This document shows, piece after piece, positions 1 to 11,766 of a stretch of 32,000 bases of DNA. Under the pieces are notes generated by a model. The model did not search any database and was not told the origin of the DNA. It was given only the letters and a program-made list of their open reading frames with translations. The DNA is taken from assembly GCF_000009705.1 (NCBI RefSeq), contig NC_003272.1:4260001-4292000 (forward strand). Reading direction: 5' to 3'. Numbering within the stretch: the stretch's first letter is position 1; every line of letters starts with the position of its first letter. The DNA comes from Nostoc sp. PCC 7120 = FACHB-418. GTDB lineage: Bacteria > Cyanobacteriota > Cyanobacteriia > Cyanobacteriales > Nostocaceae. The translations under genes were made by a program, and so were the position numbers.

Positions 1-1441
1 GGGCTTCTTCCTGTAACAATAAATCATAGCCTCTAACTAAATGCCGCAGTTTCTCTAAACGTTCATAGCGTTTTGTCACCAATTGCGGGTCATCTTGCCA
101 GTGAATAGCTACAGTTACGAGGTAAGTCTGCAAAAGCATATGACCGAGTTTTTTCGCCTTGGTCGCCAAGTAATAGGAATTATAATCGTTGGCTTCAATG
201 AGTAATGGCAGGCGGTCAACTACTTCCAACCCATACCCTTTTACCCCGGCAATTTTCCGGGGATTATTAGTAATCAGGCGAATCTTTTTCACGCCCAAAT
301 CCATAAGCATTTGCGCTCCCATGCCATAATCACGCAAGTCTGCGGGGAAACCCAAGCGCTCGTTAGCTTCCACTGTATCCAGTCCCATATCCTGTAAAGA
401 ATAGGCTTTAAGTTTGTTAATTAAGCCAATTCCTCGTCCTTCTTGCCTTAGGTAGACAACCACACCTTGACCAGCAGTTTCAATCATTTTCAAGGCAGCT
501 TGTAACTGCATCCGACAATCGCAGCGTAAAGAACCCAACGCATCACCTGTTAAACATTCTGAGTGCATCCGCACCATCACAGGTTCATCTCGAAAGTTCT
601 CAGGATTGCCCTTGACAATGGCGACGTGTTCTGTATTGTCGAGGGTGTGGCGATAGGCGTAGATGTCAAACTGACCGAATTGACTGGGTAGTTTAGTGAC
701 TACTTCACGATATACCAGGCGATCGTGTTGCAGGCGATAACTAATTAAATCAGCAATACTAATAATTTTCAGGTTGTGGTGTTTGGCATATTCAATTAAC
801 TGTTGTAATCTCGCCATTGAACCATCGGGGTTTTGAATTTCACAAATCACCCCAGCCGGGTACAATCCAGCCAAGCGAGATAAATCAACCGCCGCCTCTG
901 TATGCCCTGCGCGTTTCAGTACTCCGCCAGCTTTAGCCCGTAAAGGAAAAATATGACCAGGACGACGCAAATCTGAAGGTTTGGTGGCTGGGTTGAGTGT
1001 AATCTGAATTGTTCGCGCCCGGTCTTCGGCTGATATACCAGTAGATACTCCCAAATGGGGGCTAGCATCAATACTGACAGTAAAAGCTGTCTGGTTGGGG
1101 TCGGTGATATTTGTCACCATCAATGGTAGATCGAGTTCATCGAGGCGATCGCCTGTCATTGCTAAACAAATCAACCCTCTTGCTTCCACCGCCATAAAAT
1201 TAATCATGTCAGGTGTGGCAAATTGGGCAGCACAAATCAAATCGCCTTCATTTTCTCGATTTTCATCATCTACCACTACAATGGCACGACCGGCTTTTAA
1301 ATCTGATAAGGCAGCATCAATAGAATCAAACATAAACTTTTCGGTTGAAGAGGCAAATATCTGAGGAACAACACCCGTGCCAGGGTTCTCCCCGTTCAGG
1401 GGATTAGTTGAGGACTGCTGTGTATTTTTAGGTTGTGACAC
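1..1441 (-). CDS. ribBA: Bifunctional 3,4-dihydroxy-2-butanone-4-phosphate synthase / GTP cyclohydrolase II (RibBA). The 3' end runs off the left edge.
   Basis: Absent from the supplied ORF track because it is open to position 1. My minus-strand translation gives [33 protein letters not shown]... (DHBP synthase), then ...[24 protein letters not shown]...[11 protein letters not shown]... (GTP cyclohydrolase II), then an extra C-terminal region still open at nt 1. Start is GTG 1441 (in frame) or ATG 1333. Confidence 0.9.
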   Translation of the reverse strand, partial: MSQPKNTQQSSTNPLNGENPGTGVVPQIFASSTEKFMFDSIDAALSDLKAGRAIVVVDDENRENEGDLICAAQFATPDMINFMAVEARGLICLAMTGDRLDELDLPLMVTNITDPNQTAFTVSIDASPHLGVSTGISAEDRARTIQITLNPATKPSDLRRPGHIFPLRAKAGGVLKRAGHTEAAVDLSRLAGLYPAGVICEIQNPDGSMARLQQLIEYAKHHNLKIISIADLISYRLQHDRLVYREVVTKLPSQFGQFDIYAYRHTLDNTEHVAIVKGNPENFRDEPVMVRMHSECLTGDALGSLRCDCRMQLQAALKMIETAGQGVVVYLRQEGRGIGLINKLKAYSLQDMGLDTVEANERLGFPADLRDYGMGAQMLMDLGVKKIRLITNNPRKIAGVKGYGLEVVDRLPLLIEANDYNSYYLATKAKKLGHMLLQTYLVTVAIHWQDDPQLVTKRYERLEKLRHLVRGYDLLLQEEA

Positions 1442-1775
1442 AGAGGATTTTGAGCCAGGGATAGTAAATTTTCTTAACAATTTCTTATTCTAAATTGTAG
1501 CTCGTTTATACGGCGGAGATATAGACTAGCAATGTTTTGATAACGAGGAGAAATTTATGTCGCTAAAATTGGGGTTTAATACTAGAGTCCCTGAGTGCTG
1601 AGTTCTGAGTACAACACTAAGGACTAGAGATTATGATCTTTGGCTCAAAACTCTGCACACTGCTCAACCCCAGCTACCACTAACGGAACTCAGTATACAT
1701 AACTCATCACTCACCATAAGTTCTATAGTTAATAGCTGATCACAGATTAACCAAAAACGGATAAGGATTTGAAAA

Positions 1776-2834
1776 ATGGGCAATTTTGGACGCGTACCCG
1801 TTGGGATTGTTGGCGCGTCAGGCTATGGTGGGGTACAGTTAGTCCGATTACTGATGGATCATCCAGAAATCGAACTAGTTTATTTAGGTGGTGAGAGTAG
1901 TGTAGGTAAATCTTTTGCATCTCTCTACCCCCATTTAGCTCATGCAGTTAAATTATCAATTGAAGAAGTAGACCCAGAAGTGATTGCGCGTCGCTGTGAA
2001 GTGGTGTTTCTCTCGATGCCAAATGGTCTGGCTTGTCAAATTGTGCCAACATTGTTGGAAAAAGGCTGTAAAGTACTGGATTTGAGTGCAGACTATCGAT
2101 TCCGTAACTTGACAACTTACACCACTTGGTATGGTGTGGAAAGGAGCGATCGCACTACAGCCGACACCGCCATATATGGTTTACCTGAACTTTACCGCGA
2201 TCGCATCTCCGAAGCCCAATTAGTCGGCTGTCCTGGTTCCTACCCCACCGCTAGCCTCTTAGCATTATCGCCACTGTTAAAACAAGGTTTAATCGTCCCC
2301 GAAACTGCTATTGTTGACGCTAAATCTGGTACATCTGGCGGCGGGAGGGAAGCTAAAACTTATCTATTACTAGCAGAAGCAGATAATTCTCTCGCCCCTT
2401 ATAGTGTCGTCCGTCACCGTCACACCCCAGAAATCGAGCAAATTTGTAGCGATTTGGCGGGTCACGAAGTTACAGTCCAATTTACGCCACATCTTGTCCC
2501 TATAGTACGGGGAATTTTGGCAACTGTATACGCTACCCTGCGCGATCCTGGTTTAGTTGGAGATGATTTAACTACTATTTATACAGCCTTCTACCGTAAT
2601 TCTCCCTGGGTAAAAGTTTGTGAAAGCGGCATTTATCCGCAAACAAAATGGGCTGCGGGCAGCAATCTTTGTTATATCGGTGTAGAAGTTGACCCGCGTA
2701 CTGGCCGGGTAATTGTCATGTCAGTAATTGACAACCTGATCAAAGGCCAAGCGGGTCAAGCAATTCAGTGTCTCAACATCATGATGGGTTGGGATGAGAC
2801 ATTGGGTTTACCAAAAATGGGGTTTTATCCGTGA
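1776..2834 (+). CDS. argC: N-acetyl-gamma-glutamyl-phosphate reductase
   Basis: 352 aa. N-terminal Rossmann motif [11 protein letters not shown], active-site region [10 protein letters not shown]-terminal [14 protein letters not shown] typical of ArgC. Confidence 0.95.
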   Translation: MGNFGRVPVGIVGASGYGGVQLVRLLMDHPEIELVYLGGESSVGKSFASLYPHLAHAVKLSIEEVDPEVIARRCEVVFLSMPNGLACQIVPTLLEKGCKVLDLSADYRFRNLTTYTTWYGVERSDRTTADTAIYGLPELYRDRISEAQLVGCPGSYPTASLLALSPLLKQGLIVPETAIVDAKSGTSGGGREAKTYLLLAEADNSLAPYSVVRHRHTPEIEQICSDLAGHEVTVQFTPHLVPIVRGILATVYATLRDPGLVGDDLTTIYTAFYRNSPWVKVCESGIYPQTKWAAGSNLCYIGVEVDPRTGRVIVMSVIDNLIKGQAGQAIQCLNIMMGWDETLGLPKMGFYP

Positions 2835-2876
2835 TTGGGGATCGGGTATTGGGTATTGGGTATTTAGTATTGAGTA
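2835..2876. repeat. STRR-type heptamer tandem repeat (TTGGGTA-like, 6 units)
   Basis: ttgggga tcgggta ttgggta ttgggta tttagta ttgagta, starting 1 nt after the argC stop codon. Confidence 0.85.
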
Positions 2877-2895
2877 ATGAAAGAGGATTTAATTT

Positions 2896-2941
2896 GTCCC
2901 CAGTCCCCAGTCCCCAGTCCCCAGTCCCTAATCCCCAGTCC

Positions 2942-2944
<3 letters not shown>
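2896..2944. repeat. STRR1-type heptamer tandem repeat (GTCCCCA, 7 units), roughly complementary to the 2835-2876 block
   Basis: gtcccca x4, gtcccta, atcccca, gtcccta. The last unit contains the eno stop codon (cta = TAG on the minus strand). Confidence 0.85.
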
Positions 2945-4279
<1,335 letters not shown>

Positions 4280-4495
4280 TCAACCCAATCGCTAGCATAG
4301 GCGCTGAGGCGACTTATCGGCTGAGATTAAATGAAGATTTCCAAAGATTGGGTAAATCTATGCCAAATGCACGGACTTTGGATTTTGAATTATTTTTTGG
4401 TCAATAGTCAATAGCCAACAGTTAGTAGTCAATTTTTTAACTGGAGATAATTATTGAACCGAGTAAAATCGATTACAGTGAAATGAGGAATACTC

Positions 4496-5338
4496 ATGAA
4501 ATTTACTTTAAAGGCGATCGCTTTTTTTACTGGTCTGGCTATGTTCGGGGAAGCGGCAAATGCTGTCCAACTACGTCTACCCCAGCAGTCCCTCAATCAT
4601 GCTACCAGCATTAGTCAAGCTACAGAACCGTTAGATTTATCTTTGCTGGCGAAAAGTGTTACCAATCTCTTACAAAGCGATCGCTATCAAACTGATTCTC
4701 AGATAGAATTTAAAGTCGGCAGTAAAGGTACTGAGACGACAATTTACCTCAAAAGCAAAATGATTACCCAGTCAGGGAAAAAGTTTCGGGCTGAAGTTGC
4801 TTATACAAAGCCAGGAGAAGCTGCCAAAACTGGTAATTTAGTTATTTCTGACGGTAAACAGGTGTGGATTTATCGCTCCGATTTGCAACAATACTCCGTT
4901 ACTTCCTATCAAGATTTTAAAGATTCCAGCGACTGGATTTTAATTGGTATCTCTTCCTTTGTTTTTCTAGATTTTCCAGAGGAAGATAGAAAAGTTGTTG
5001 TTGATGGTAACTTATCAGATAAAAACGTTTTGACATACCTTGGCTTGGCTAGTAATGGCGAACTCAAGGGAGAAACACGTACATTTGATGGACAAACAGC
5101 TTATGTGTACGACTACAAAGACCCAAAAGACGGATTTACACTAAGCGCCTTCGTCAATCCTGAAACAGCTAGTCTCAGCCAGGTGCAATTAGCTGGCAAA
5201 TCAGACGATTTAGATATTCTCTTAACCGAAAAAATCTTAAGTAAAACAGTCAATCCTGTTATTAATGCCAATACTTTCCGTTTTTTACCACCTAGAGGTA
5301 CTCAAAGAGTGAAAACACTGTCTATTAGTCCTGTGTGA
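4496..5338 (+). CDS. Hypothetical secreted protein (signal peptide; possibly a LolA-like fold)
   Basis: 280 aa. N-terminal MKFTLKAIAFFTGLAMFGEAANA signal-like sequence. AGGAAT 8 nt upstream of the ATG. No catalytic motif recognised; the fold assignment is only an impression. Confidence 0.6.
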   Translation: MKFTLKAIAFFTGLAMFGEAANAVQLRLPQQSLNHATSISQATEPLDLSLLAKSVTNLLQSDRYQTDSQIEFKVGSKGTETTIYLKSKMITQSGKKFRAEVAYTKPGEAAKTGNLVISDGKQVWIYRSDLQQYSVTSYQDFKDSSDWILIGISSFVFLDFPEEDRKVVVDGNLSDKNVLTYLGLASNGELKGETRTFDGQTAYVYDYKDPKDGFTLSAFVNPETASLSQVQLAGKSDDLDILLTEKILSKTVNPVINANTFRFLPPRGTQRVKTLSISPV

Positions 5339-5343
5339 AATGA

Positions 5344-5378
5344 GTGGGGATTGGGGATTGGGGATTGGGGACTGGGGA
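5344..5378. repeat. STRR1 heptamer repeat (TTGGGGA x5)
   Basis: gtgggga ttgggga ttgggga ttgggga ctgggga, 6 nt after the stop of the 4496-5338 ORF. Confidence 0.85.
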
Positions 5379-5389
5379 TGAAATTTACT

Positions 5390-5423
5390 CCCTATACCCC
5401 TAAACCCCTAAACCCCTACACCC
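5390..5423. repeat. CCCCTAAA-type short tandem repeat, inverted relative to 5344-5378
   Basis: ccctata cccctaaa cccctaaa cccctaca ccc. It overlaps the last ~8 codons and the stop of thiD. Confidence 0.8.
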
Positions 5424-6245
5424 ATCATTTTGTAACAACGGAAAGAAATGTCCTACTGGCCCTTGCCCTTGCCCAATATTGAGGGAGTAAGTAAGTGCAG
5501 TAGTGACATATTCCTTTGCTTGGGTTACAGCTTGGTGTAAATTTTGACCTTTGGCTAGATTGGAGGCGATCGCAGCTGATAAAGTACAACCAGTACCGTG
5601 AGTATTTTTGGTATCTACCTGCTTGGTTGTCAGAGTTTCTAGATGTTGTCCATCAAACCAAATATCCACACCACGGGCATTTCCCTGCATCCCTCCACCC
5701 TTGACTAACACAGCTTTTGCTTTTAAATTGCGGTGAATTACTTGAGTTGCTGCCCTCATATCATCTAGGGTATTTATCGATAGACCACTTAAAATCTGGG
5801 CTTCATACCTGTTGGGTGTAATTATCGCCGCCAGAGGGATTAGTTGCTGGCGTAGGGTCTTGATAGCATCATCATCAATTAATTGCGCCCCAGTCCGTGA
5901 AACCATTACCGGGTCAACTACTAAGTTGTTTATTCCTAAAGCTTGCACTTGCTGGGCAACAGTAGCGATAATTGCTTGATTGAGTAACATTCCCGTTTTC
6001 GCCGCCTGTACACCAATATCCTCTACAACGGCTTGTATTTGGGCTGCAACTGCCTCCGGTGCCATAGCATCAAATCTGGCTACTCCCAAGGTATTTTGTG
6101 CCGTGACGCAGGTTATAGCGCTAGTACCGTGGACACAATGAAAGGCAAAGGTGCGTAAATCAGCTTGAATTCCCGCACCACCGCCGCTATCGGAACCGGC
6201 AATGGTTAATGCAACAGGAACCCTGGATATTGTTTCAGCATTCAT
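5400..6245 (-). CDS. thiD: Hydroxymethylpyrimidine / phosphomethylpyrimidine kinase
   Basis: 281 aa. VALTIAGSDSGGGAGIQADLRTF and THGTGCTLSAAIA motifs are typical of ThiD. Confidence 0.92.
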   Translation of the reverse strand: MNAETISRVPVALTIAGSDSGGGAGIQADLRTFAFHCVHGTSAITCVTAQNTLGVARFDAMAPEAVAAQIQAVVEDIGVQAAKTGMLLNQAIIATVAQQVQALGINNLVVDPVMVSRTGAQLIDDDAIKTLRQQLIPLAAIITPNRYEAQILSGLSINTLDDMRAATQVIHRNLKAKAVLVKGGGMQGNARGVDIWFDGQHLETLTTKQVDTKNTHGTGCTLSAAIASNLAKGQNLHQAVTQAKEYVTTALTYSLNIGQGQGPVGHFFPLLQNDGCRGLGV

Positions 6246-6254
6246 AAGCGCGGA

Positions 6255-7889
6255 TTACTGACGTGATGGTAGTTGCTTGGCTACTGCTGCCAAAGGGTTT
6301 GGTTGAGGGTTTTGGGGTCTAGTTTGGGGTATAACCGTAAGATAAGGCTTAAGTGCAGTATCATCTACCCAACCAGAGTAATATTTTACCTTGGTAGATT
6401 TTGCAGACAAGTCGAGTAATTCTAAATCACCGCGCATGGTATTCCAATTGATAGGAACCTCCGGTTGCAGTTGACCAGAACCAATACCCCTTGGGCCACC
6501 ACCAGATAAATTCAGAGAAACTTCATCAAAGCCGCGTACAAAACGTTCTCCGTTCCAATTCCACTCAAAACCAGGCCAATCAACGGATATTTTTCCTGGT
6601 GGTAGAGAACGCGGAAACTGATAAGTACTTGCGCCTTCTTTTAACTCCACAGTGAAGCCTGGGGTATATCTCACTTCATAACGTCCCTTTTGAGTCTGAT
6701 AGTTGACGGGACTCCACCATAAAACCTCTATATCATCCCCGCCAGATAGAGAAGCGACTGGTGTTTTATTGGTCAAGGCGCTGTAAATTGGTATTTGCTG
6801 GGGTAGTTTAGCCATTGCGGCAAATCGCCAACAATTCCAACTTTCAGGATTATCCGCAGTTTCCCACTTAACTTGACAAACACCGTTGGCGGTACTAACC
6901 CAAAGTTTGTCATTTTCTAATCTGAGTTTGTCAGGAATTGCCCCGACAATTGGGCTATTATTGACAGTGTAACCCGTTAAAGAACCTGTATTGGGATTTT
7001 GTGAATCTGGGCGATAAGCTACCAACCCTTGAGCAGGAATGTAGAGATTTCCTTCACCACTAATATTAGTACCCATCCAGAATGTAGGATTATTAGCGTC
7101 GCCAGTAATTGTTAAGTCAGTAATTTGAGTAGACCAGAGTGATTCTGGTTGAATGATGTTAAATTTATCGGTTTTAGGGTCATAACTGACAATAGTCGCA
7201 ATACCGTTATTGCCTTCGCCTTGTTCAAAAGCAACTGACCACCAGATGCGCGCGTTGTGAACACTAGCAGATGTAATTCGGGGGAAACCCAATTGATTTC
7301 CTGTGGCAGAATACCCCGCTTTGACTGCAATTTCTTGTAAGTCTTTTAGTGTATATAAGGTTTGTCTTTGGGGATTTTTGTCGTTGGGGTTAATTAACTC
7401 AAATACAACCGCATCTTTTGCAGGGTCTGTTACATCCGGTCTAGAAATATTATTGTTTTCTCCCAAGGTGAACTGTGGTTGTCTAACAACTCGATACTGA
7501 TATGTTTTACCTTGGAAATCAATATTTTTAAATTTTGGATTTACCAATTCTTGTGCAAAGTCCGCGTAGTTATTTTCTGGTTGTAGTTCCTTAGACAAAG
7601 TCCCAGATTGCACTGTCCAATTATTATTACTGCGACAGAAAACAAAATCCTGTTCTAAAGCCTGGAACTTAACTGTATCACCATCAGCTACAATATTGCG
7701 GATGTGAAAATCAAACCTATCGTAGAAGCCTTCATTTGTATTGGATGCAGGTAAGGAAACAACTTGCGCCTGGGGACATTTTTCTGGTTTGGGATTAATA
7801 CTATTTGCCGCTTGAGAATTGCTCTCAATGCTTGCAGCACAAGCATTTAGCAAGAAAATAATACCAAAACCTAGAATATTGGCTCGCAT
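6255..7889 (-). CDS. Hypothetical lipoprotein / secreted protein
   Basis: 544 aa. N-terminal hydrophobic segment with a lipobox-like LLNAC. 9 nt upstream of thiD on the same strand (likely co-transcribed). No domain recognised. Confidence 0.65.
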   Translation of the reverse strand: MRANILGFGIIFLLNACAASIESNSQAANSINPKPEKCPQAQVVSLPASNTNEGFYDRFDFHIRNIVADGDTVKFQALEQDFVFCRSNNNWTVQSGTLSKELQPENNYADFAQELVNPKFKNIDFQGKTYQYRVVRQPQFTLGENNNISRPDVTDPAKDAVVFELINPNDKNPQRQTLYTLKDLQEIAVKAGYSATGNQLGFPRITSASVHNARIWWSVAFEQGEGNNGIATIVSYDPKTDKFNIIQPESLWSTQITDLTITGDANNPTFWMGTNISGEGNLYIPAQGLVAYRPDSQNPNTGSLTGYTVNNSPIVGAIPDKLRLENDKLWVSTANGVCQVKWETADNPESWNCWRFAAMAKLPQQIPIYSALTNKTPVASLSGGDDIEVLWWSPVNYQTQKGRYEVRYTPGFTVELKEGASTYQFPRSLPPGKISVDWPGFEWNWNGERFVRGFDEVSLNLSGGGPRGIGSGQLQPEVPINWNTMRGDLELLDLSAKSTKVKYYSGWVDDTALKPYLTVIPQTRPQNPQPNPLAAVAKQLPSRQ

Positions 7890-8049
7890 AAATTGTCCCC
7901 CTGCAATTGCATACTCTTGCTGTTAATTAGCCTAAATATTAACTACGCGATCGCCTGATAAATTTTCTGAATTATGCTTACAAATTTATTTATGCCTTTG
8001 TATTTGAAGCAGAAATATAAAAACTTATATTTTTACATCCCATTAATGA

Positions 8050-8481
8050 TTAATTTTGTTCCCCAGGCAATTTGTGTAAGACCCTTTGCAAAAACTTACC
8101 CCATTCTGTGGCTAAAGGAATTTCGGTAAACGGAACTAACACCGAACTAGCAGACTCAGCAAAATTAAACTTGAGTTCAATAGAACGACCTTTTTCTGGT
8201 GGTGCTTCTATGTCTACGACTTCATTATTTACCACCAGTTGAATCTCTTGCACATCAAGTAGAGAAAAAGTTTGGAGTTGAATTAAACCCTTGGCTGTAG
8301 GTTTACCCCAAGTAATATCGTTACCTTTTTGACCCAATACGGCGTAGATATCATACTTGGCACGATCAAATTGTTCTGCCCAAATACGATAGGCTTCGAC
8401 TTTTTGATATTCCTTTGACCCTTGCCAAGCTAACCAGAAAAAGATAATTAACAGTGGCAACCAGAAAAGACCACGTTCCAT
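8050..8481 (-). CDS. Hypothetical membrane-anchored protein
   Basis: 143 aa. Single N-terminal TM segment (LFWLPLLIIFFWLAW). No motif recognised. Confidence 0.55.
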   Translation of the reverse strand: MERGLFWLPLLIIFFWLAWQGSKEYQKVEAYRIWAEQFDRAKYDIYAVLGQKGNDITWGKPTAKGLIQLQTFSLLDVQEIQLVVNNEVVDIEAPPEKGRSIELKFNFAESASSVLVPFTEIPLATEWGKFLQRVLHKLPGEQN

Positions 8482-8607
8482 TGTTTAAATATTCCTATGT
8501 GCAAGATTTAACTACAAACATTTAAGTAGATTACAAAGTACACCAATCAGGGACGCAGATAGGTTATCGTAGTGAGCAATAACTGGCAAAAAGCGTGATG
8601 AGTTGAT

Positions 8608-10455
8608 ATGAGAAGACTTATATTATTGTGCTTGTTTGTCATCGGGCTGGTATCTGCTGTATTTGGTTTCCTGAGTTTTCAGGGACTAGCAGCTAAAGGC
8701 GAATTCGAGACAATTTTGTTAGATTTTCGAGAAGATATTCCAGCCGAGGTGATCAAACAGGATTTACAAGCGATCGCTCAACAATACAACGTTACACCCC
8801 AATTAGATAATAAATTCTCAGAACAAGATCATGTTTATATTATCAAAGGCGATCGCCAGCGACTCAAAGCGTTGCAAAAATCTTCCTTTGCTAAAGCCAC
8901 AGAAATTATTGAGCCGAATTATATCTATAGGCTAACTCCACCAGCCAAACCGGTTTGGTTGGGAGAAATCTTAGGAAGCGAACAAGGCCAAGAGTTTAAC
9001 CCCTCCTTAATTGGCCCCAACGATGAATATTACAGCAAACAGTGGAACCTCCACAAAATTGGTGTAGAAGGTGCATGGACTCAAACCAAAGGTAGCGGCA
9101 TAACTGTAGCCGTCATCGACACTGGTGTTACCCAAGTACGTGACTTAAAAGAAACCAAATTTGTTCAAGGTTACGATTTCGTCAACGATAGAGTAGAAGC
9201 CACAGATGACAACGGACACGGTACTCACGTCGCCGGTACAGTCGCCCAAGCTACCAACAATAAATATGGGGTAGCTGGAGTAGCTTACGAAGCCAGCCTC
9301 ATGCCCTTAAAAGTCCTGAGTGCTTACGGTGGCGGAACCGTTGCTGATATTGCCGAAGCCATTAAATTTGCTGCTGACAAAGGCGCAGATGTCATTAATA
9401 TGAGCTTGGGTGGCGGTGGTGAAAGCCAATTACTCAAAGATGCTATCAACTATGCCCATAACAAAGGCGTAGTCATTATTGCGGCTGCTGGTAATGAAAA
9501 TGATAGTTCCGCCTCCTACCCCGCCCGTTATCCCCATGTGATTGGTGTTTCCGCCTTTGGCCCCGATGGCGAAAAAGCCCCCTATTCTAACTTTGGTGCT
9601 GGCGTTGATATTTCTGCCCCTGGTGGGAGTGACGCAGGTGCAATTCTGCAAGAAACCATCAACGAACAAGGCGAAGGCGTGTTCCTGGGACTCCAAGGAA
9701 CAAGCATGGCTGCACCCCACGTTGCTGGTGTCGCTGCTTTAATTAAAGCTAGTGGCGTCAAAGAACCAGACGCAATTTTAGAAGTACTCAAACAATCGGC
9801 GCGGGTGATTCAAGACGATGGCTTAAACTACTACGGTGCTGGACAACTCAACGCCGAAGCCGCAGTTAAATTAGCCGCCCAAGGACAAATCAGCTTCCAA
9901 GATTTCTTCCGTTGGTTGCGAGATAACGGCTATCTCAACCCCCGTTTCTGGTTTGATGGCGGTGCTGTAGCACTATTGCCAAAAATATTAATGGTGGTTG
10001 GTTCCTATCTATTAGCTTGGTTTTTACGGGTCTACTTACCCTTCCCTTGGAGTTGGTCTTTATCCAGTGGCTTGATTTTTGGTAGTTCTGGTCTATTCTT
10101 CCTCAAAGGAATCTATATATTCGACCTACCCCAATGGCCATTCCGAGTTTTGGGTAGTTCCATTCCCGAATTAGGTAACACCTTACAGGGAAGCAGTGCT
10201 TTAAACCCCGTGTTTGCCAGTGTATTGATTCCGATTTTGTTAATAGCATTGCTATTAGGTCATCCCAGTTGGAAATGGTTTGCCATCGGTTCAACTTTAG
10301 GCGTAGCGGCTTGTTTAACAGTCAGTGCGGTTTTAGACCCAGTAGTTTGGGGACTAAATGATGTGAACTTAGCGCGTATATTCCTAATTATCAACGCCTT
10401 ACTTTGTTATGCACTCGCTCGTTTAGCATTGAAAAACGAAGAGAAAACAGCATAG
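8608..10455 (+). CDS. S8 (subtilisin-family) serine peptidase with a C-terminal polytopic membrane domain
   Basis: 615 aa. Catalytic triad motifs: AVIDTGV (Asp codon 9118-9120), HGTHVAG (His 9217-9219), GTSMAAPHVAG (Ser 9703-9705). N-terminal signal/anchor. About 170 C-terminal residues form several hydrophobic helices. Confidence 0.9.
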   Translation: MRRLILLCLFVIGLVSAVFGFLSFQGLAAKGEFETILLDFREDIPAEVIKQDLQAIAQQYNVTPQLDNKFSEQDHVYIIKGDRQRLKALQKSSFAKATEIIEPNYIYRLTPPAKPVWLGEILGSEQGQEFNPSLIGPNDEYYSKQWNLHKIGVEGAWTQTKGSGITVAVIDTGVTQVRDLKETKFVQGYDFVNDRVEATDDNGHGTHVAGTVAQATNNKYGVAGVAYEASLMPLKVLSAYGGGTVADIAEAIKFAADKGADVINMSLGGGGESQLLKDAINYAHNKGVVIIAAAGNENDSSASYPARYPHVIGVSAFGPDGEKAPYSNFGAGVDISAPGGSDAGAILQETINEQGEGVFLGLQGTSMAAPHVAGVAALIKASGVKEPDAILEVLKQSARVIQDDGLNYYGAGQLNAEAAVKLAAQGQISFQDFFRWLRDNGYLNPRFWFDGGAVALLPKILMVVGSYLLAWFLRVYLPFPWSWSLSSGLIFGSSGLFFLKGIYIFDLPQWPFRVLGSSIPELGNTLQGSSALNPVFASVLIPILLIALLLGHPSWKWFAIGSTLGVAACLTVSAVLDPVVWGLNDVNLARIFLIINALLCYALARLALKNEEKTA

Positions 10456-10536
10456 AAAGGAGTGGGGTAAGAAAGTAGATAAGTATTACGCCCTCTTACC
10501 CTCCTCATTTCCCCTATTCCCAAATCCCCAACTTTT

Positions 10537-10770
10537 ATGAGTATTACAGTCACAGGCAAAATCGAACGCCGTAATCTTGGTACTGGCGCATGGGCGCTAG
10601 TCTCAGATGACGGCGTTACTTACGAAATTCTCAGAGGCGCGGACAAAGAATTACTCAAGGCTGGACAAAAAGCCAAGGTAAAAGGACAGGTACGCGAAGA
10701 TGTCATGACTATCGCCATGATTGGCCCTGTCCTAGAGGTGAAATCTTTTGAAGTTCTAAGTGATGAGTAA
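10537..10770 (+). CDS. Small hypothetical protein
   Basis: 77-aa ORF with a balanced composition. No SD sequence and no motif recognised. Confidence 0.45.
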   Translation: MSITVTGKIERRNLGTGAWALVSDDGVTYEILRGADKELLKAGQKAKVKGQVREDVMTIAMIGPVLEVKSFEVLSDE

Positions 10771-10828
10771 TGAGTGTTGAGTGAACTATCTCCCTCATTC
10801 CTCTCATTTCCCCTACACCCCTAAACCC

Positions 10829-11146
10829 CTAACTACTACTGGAATCAAGAACCTGCTGTAGACGAGTTCTAAATTCACCTTTGGGATGACCTCCTTTAAC
10901 TTCACCTTTGATGTTGAATTCTCCTTCGGGAGACTCGCAGATAATATAAGTAGGCCATCCCATTTCGGATTTATCGGGATACTGAGTCAGCAAAATCTTG
11001 CGATACTTGCGATAAGTCGCCGTATCCTGCATTTTGACATCAATAAATTGTAAGCCCAGTTCTTCAGCCACTTTTTGGTCATAGAAAGCCATTTTGTGGC
11101 AGATGCCGCACTCTTCGGAGGAAAACTTAATGACAGCTAAACTCAT
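10829..11146 (-). CDS. Thioredoxin-fold protein (CxxC)
   Basis: 105 aa. CGIC redox motif near the N-terminus (SSEECGICHKM). Size and pattern fit a thioredoxin-like protein. Confidence 0.7.
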   Translation of the reverse strand: MSLAVIKFSSEECGICHKMAFYDQKVAEELGLQFIDVKMQDTATYRKYRKILLTQYPDKSEMGWPTYIICESPEGEFNIKGEVKGGHPKGEFRTRLQQVLDSSSS

Positions 11147-11423
11147 GTAGCTCTGTGTCTCTTGTTGATGTAGCCAATATTCTTCAGCATAGCGCTTAGG
11201 CTACAGACATTAAACTGTTATAGGTGTAAAAGTAAAATTTCTAGAGAAAAATTAAAATTTTGAGAGAATCTAGACATGAGCGCCTAGATATGCTCTCTCT
11301 GCACAAAAATCATAACTACTTGTGAACTAACATATAGAAATCAACTAGATTGATGGTAGAGTATACCAACGCATCACTCAAATAGGGTATTTTCTATCAA
11401 ATTCTAGAGCGATCGCAGTCGCA

Positions 11424-11466
11424 AAATAAGTAATCGAAAGGGTAGCATTTTTTAGATTACTTATTT
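11424..11466. repeat. 12-bp perfect inverted repeat (hairpin with a 19-nt loop)
   Basis: aaataagtaatc (11424-11435) and gattacttattt (11455-11466). It lies between the thioredoxin-like gene start and the sRNA array. Confidence 0.6.
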
Positions 11467-11643
11467 AATTGAAAAATAACAAAAGTAAGTTATAATTCCT
11501 AAGACTCAAGAAATTCTGGTCAAAAGATGGTGACATTCATCCCAATAGTACTCCATCCGCGCTAGAATATAACTCCAATCTTGAGCTAAACTGTAGCCCT
11601 AAGCAACTACCAATCCATAGGGCAAGCAACCTAAAGGTTGATG

Positions 11644-11766
11644 AAAAAAAGCTCCTACTTACTTTAACCAAACAGGGAAGTTAGTTATCAAGGTGCATCT
11701 ACCAATCACCAGTTAGTCTTAACCAAACTAGGGAGTTAGTTATTGAGGTGCATCTACCAATTAATT
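11644..11766 (-). ncRNA. nsiR1: NsiR1-like dimer: two diverged bodies (11711-11766 and 11644-11710) behind one TCCGGA promoter (11789-11794)
   Basis: Both bodies keep the GGTAGATGCACC core. The upstream body has a 6-bp hairpin and no U tract. The downstream body has no promoter of its own and ends in U7 (A7 at 11644-11650 on the plus strand). Confidence 0.6.

Noticed and set aside
1095-1364. 89-aa plus-strand ORF from the track
   Set aside because: It lies entirely antisense inside the clearly recognisable ribBA coding sequence and has a low-complexity Ser/Arg-rich translation. It is a shadow ORF.
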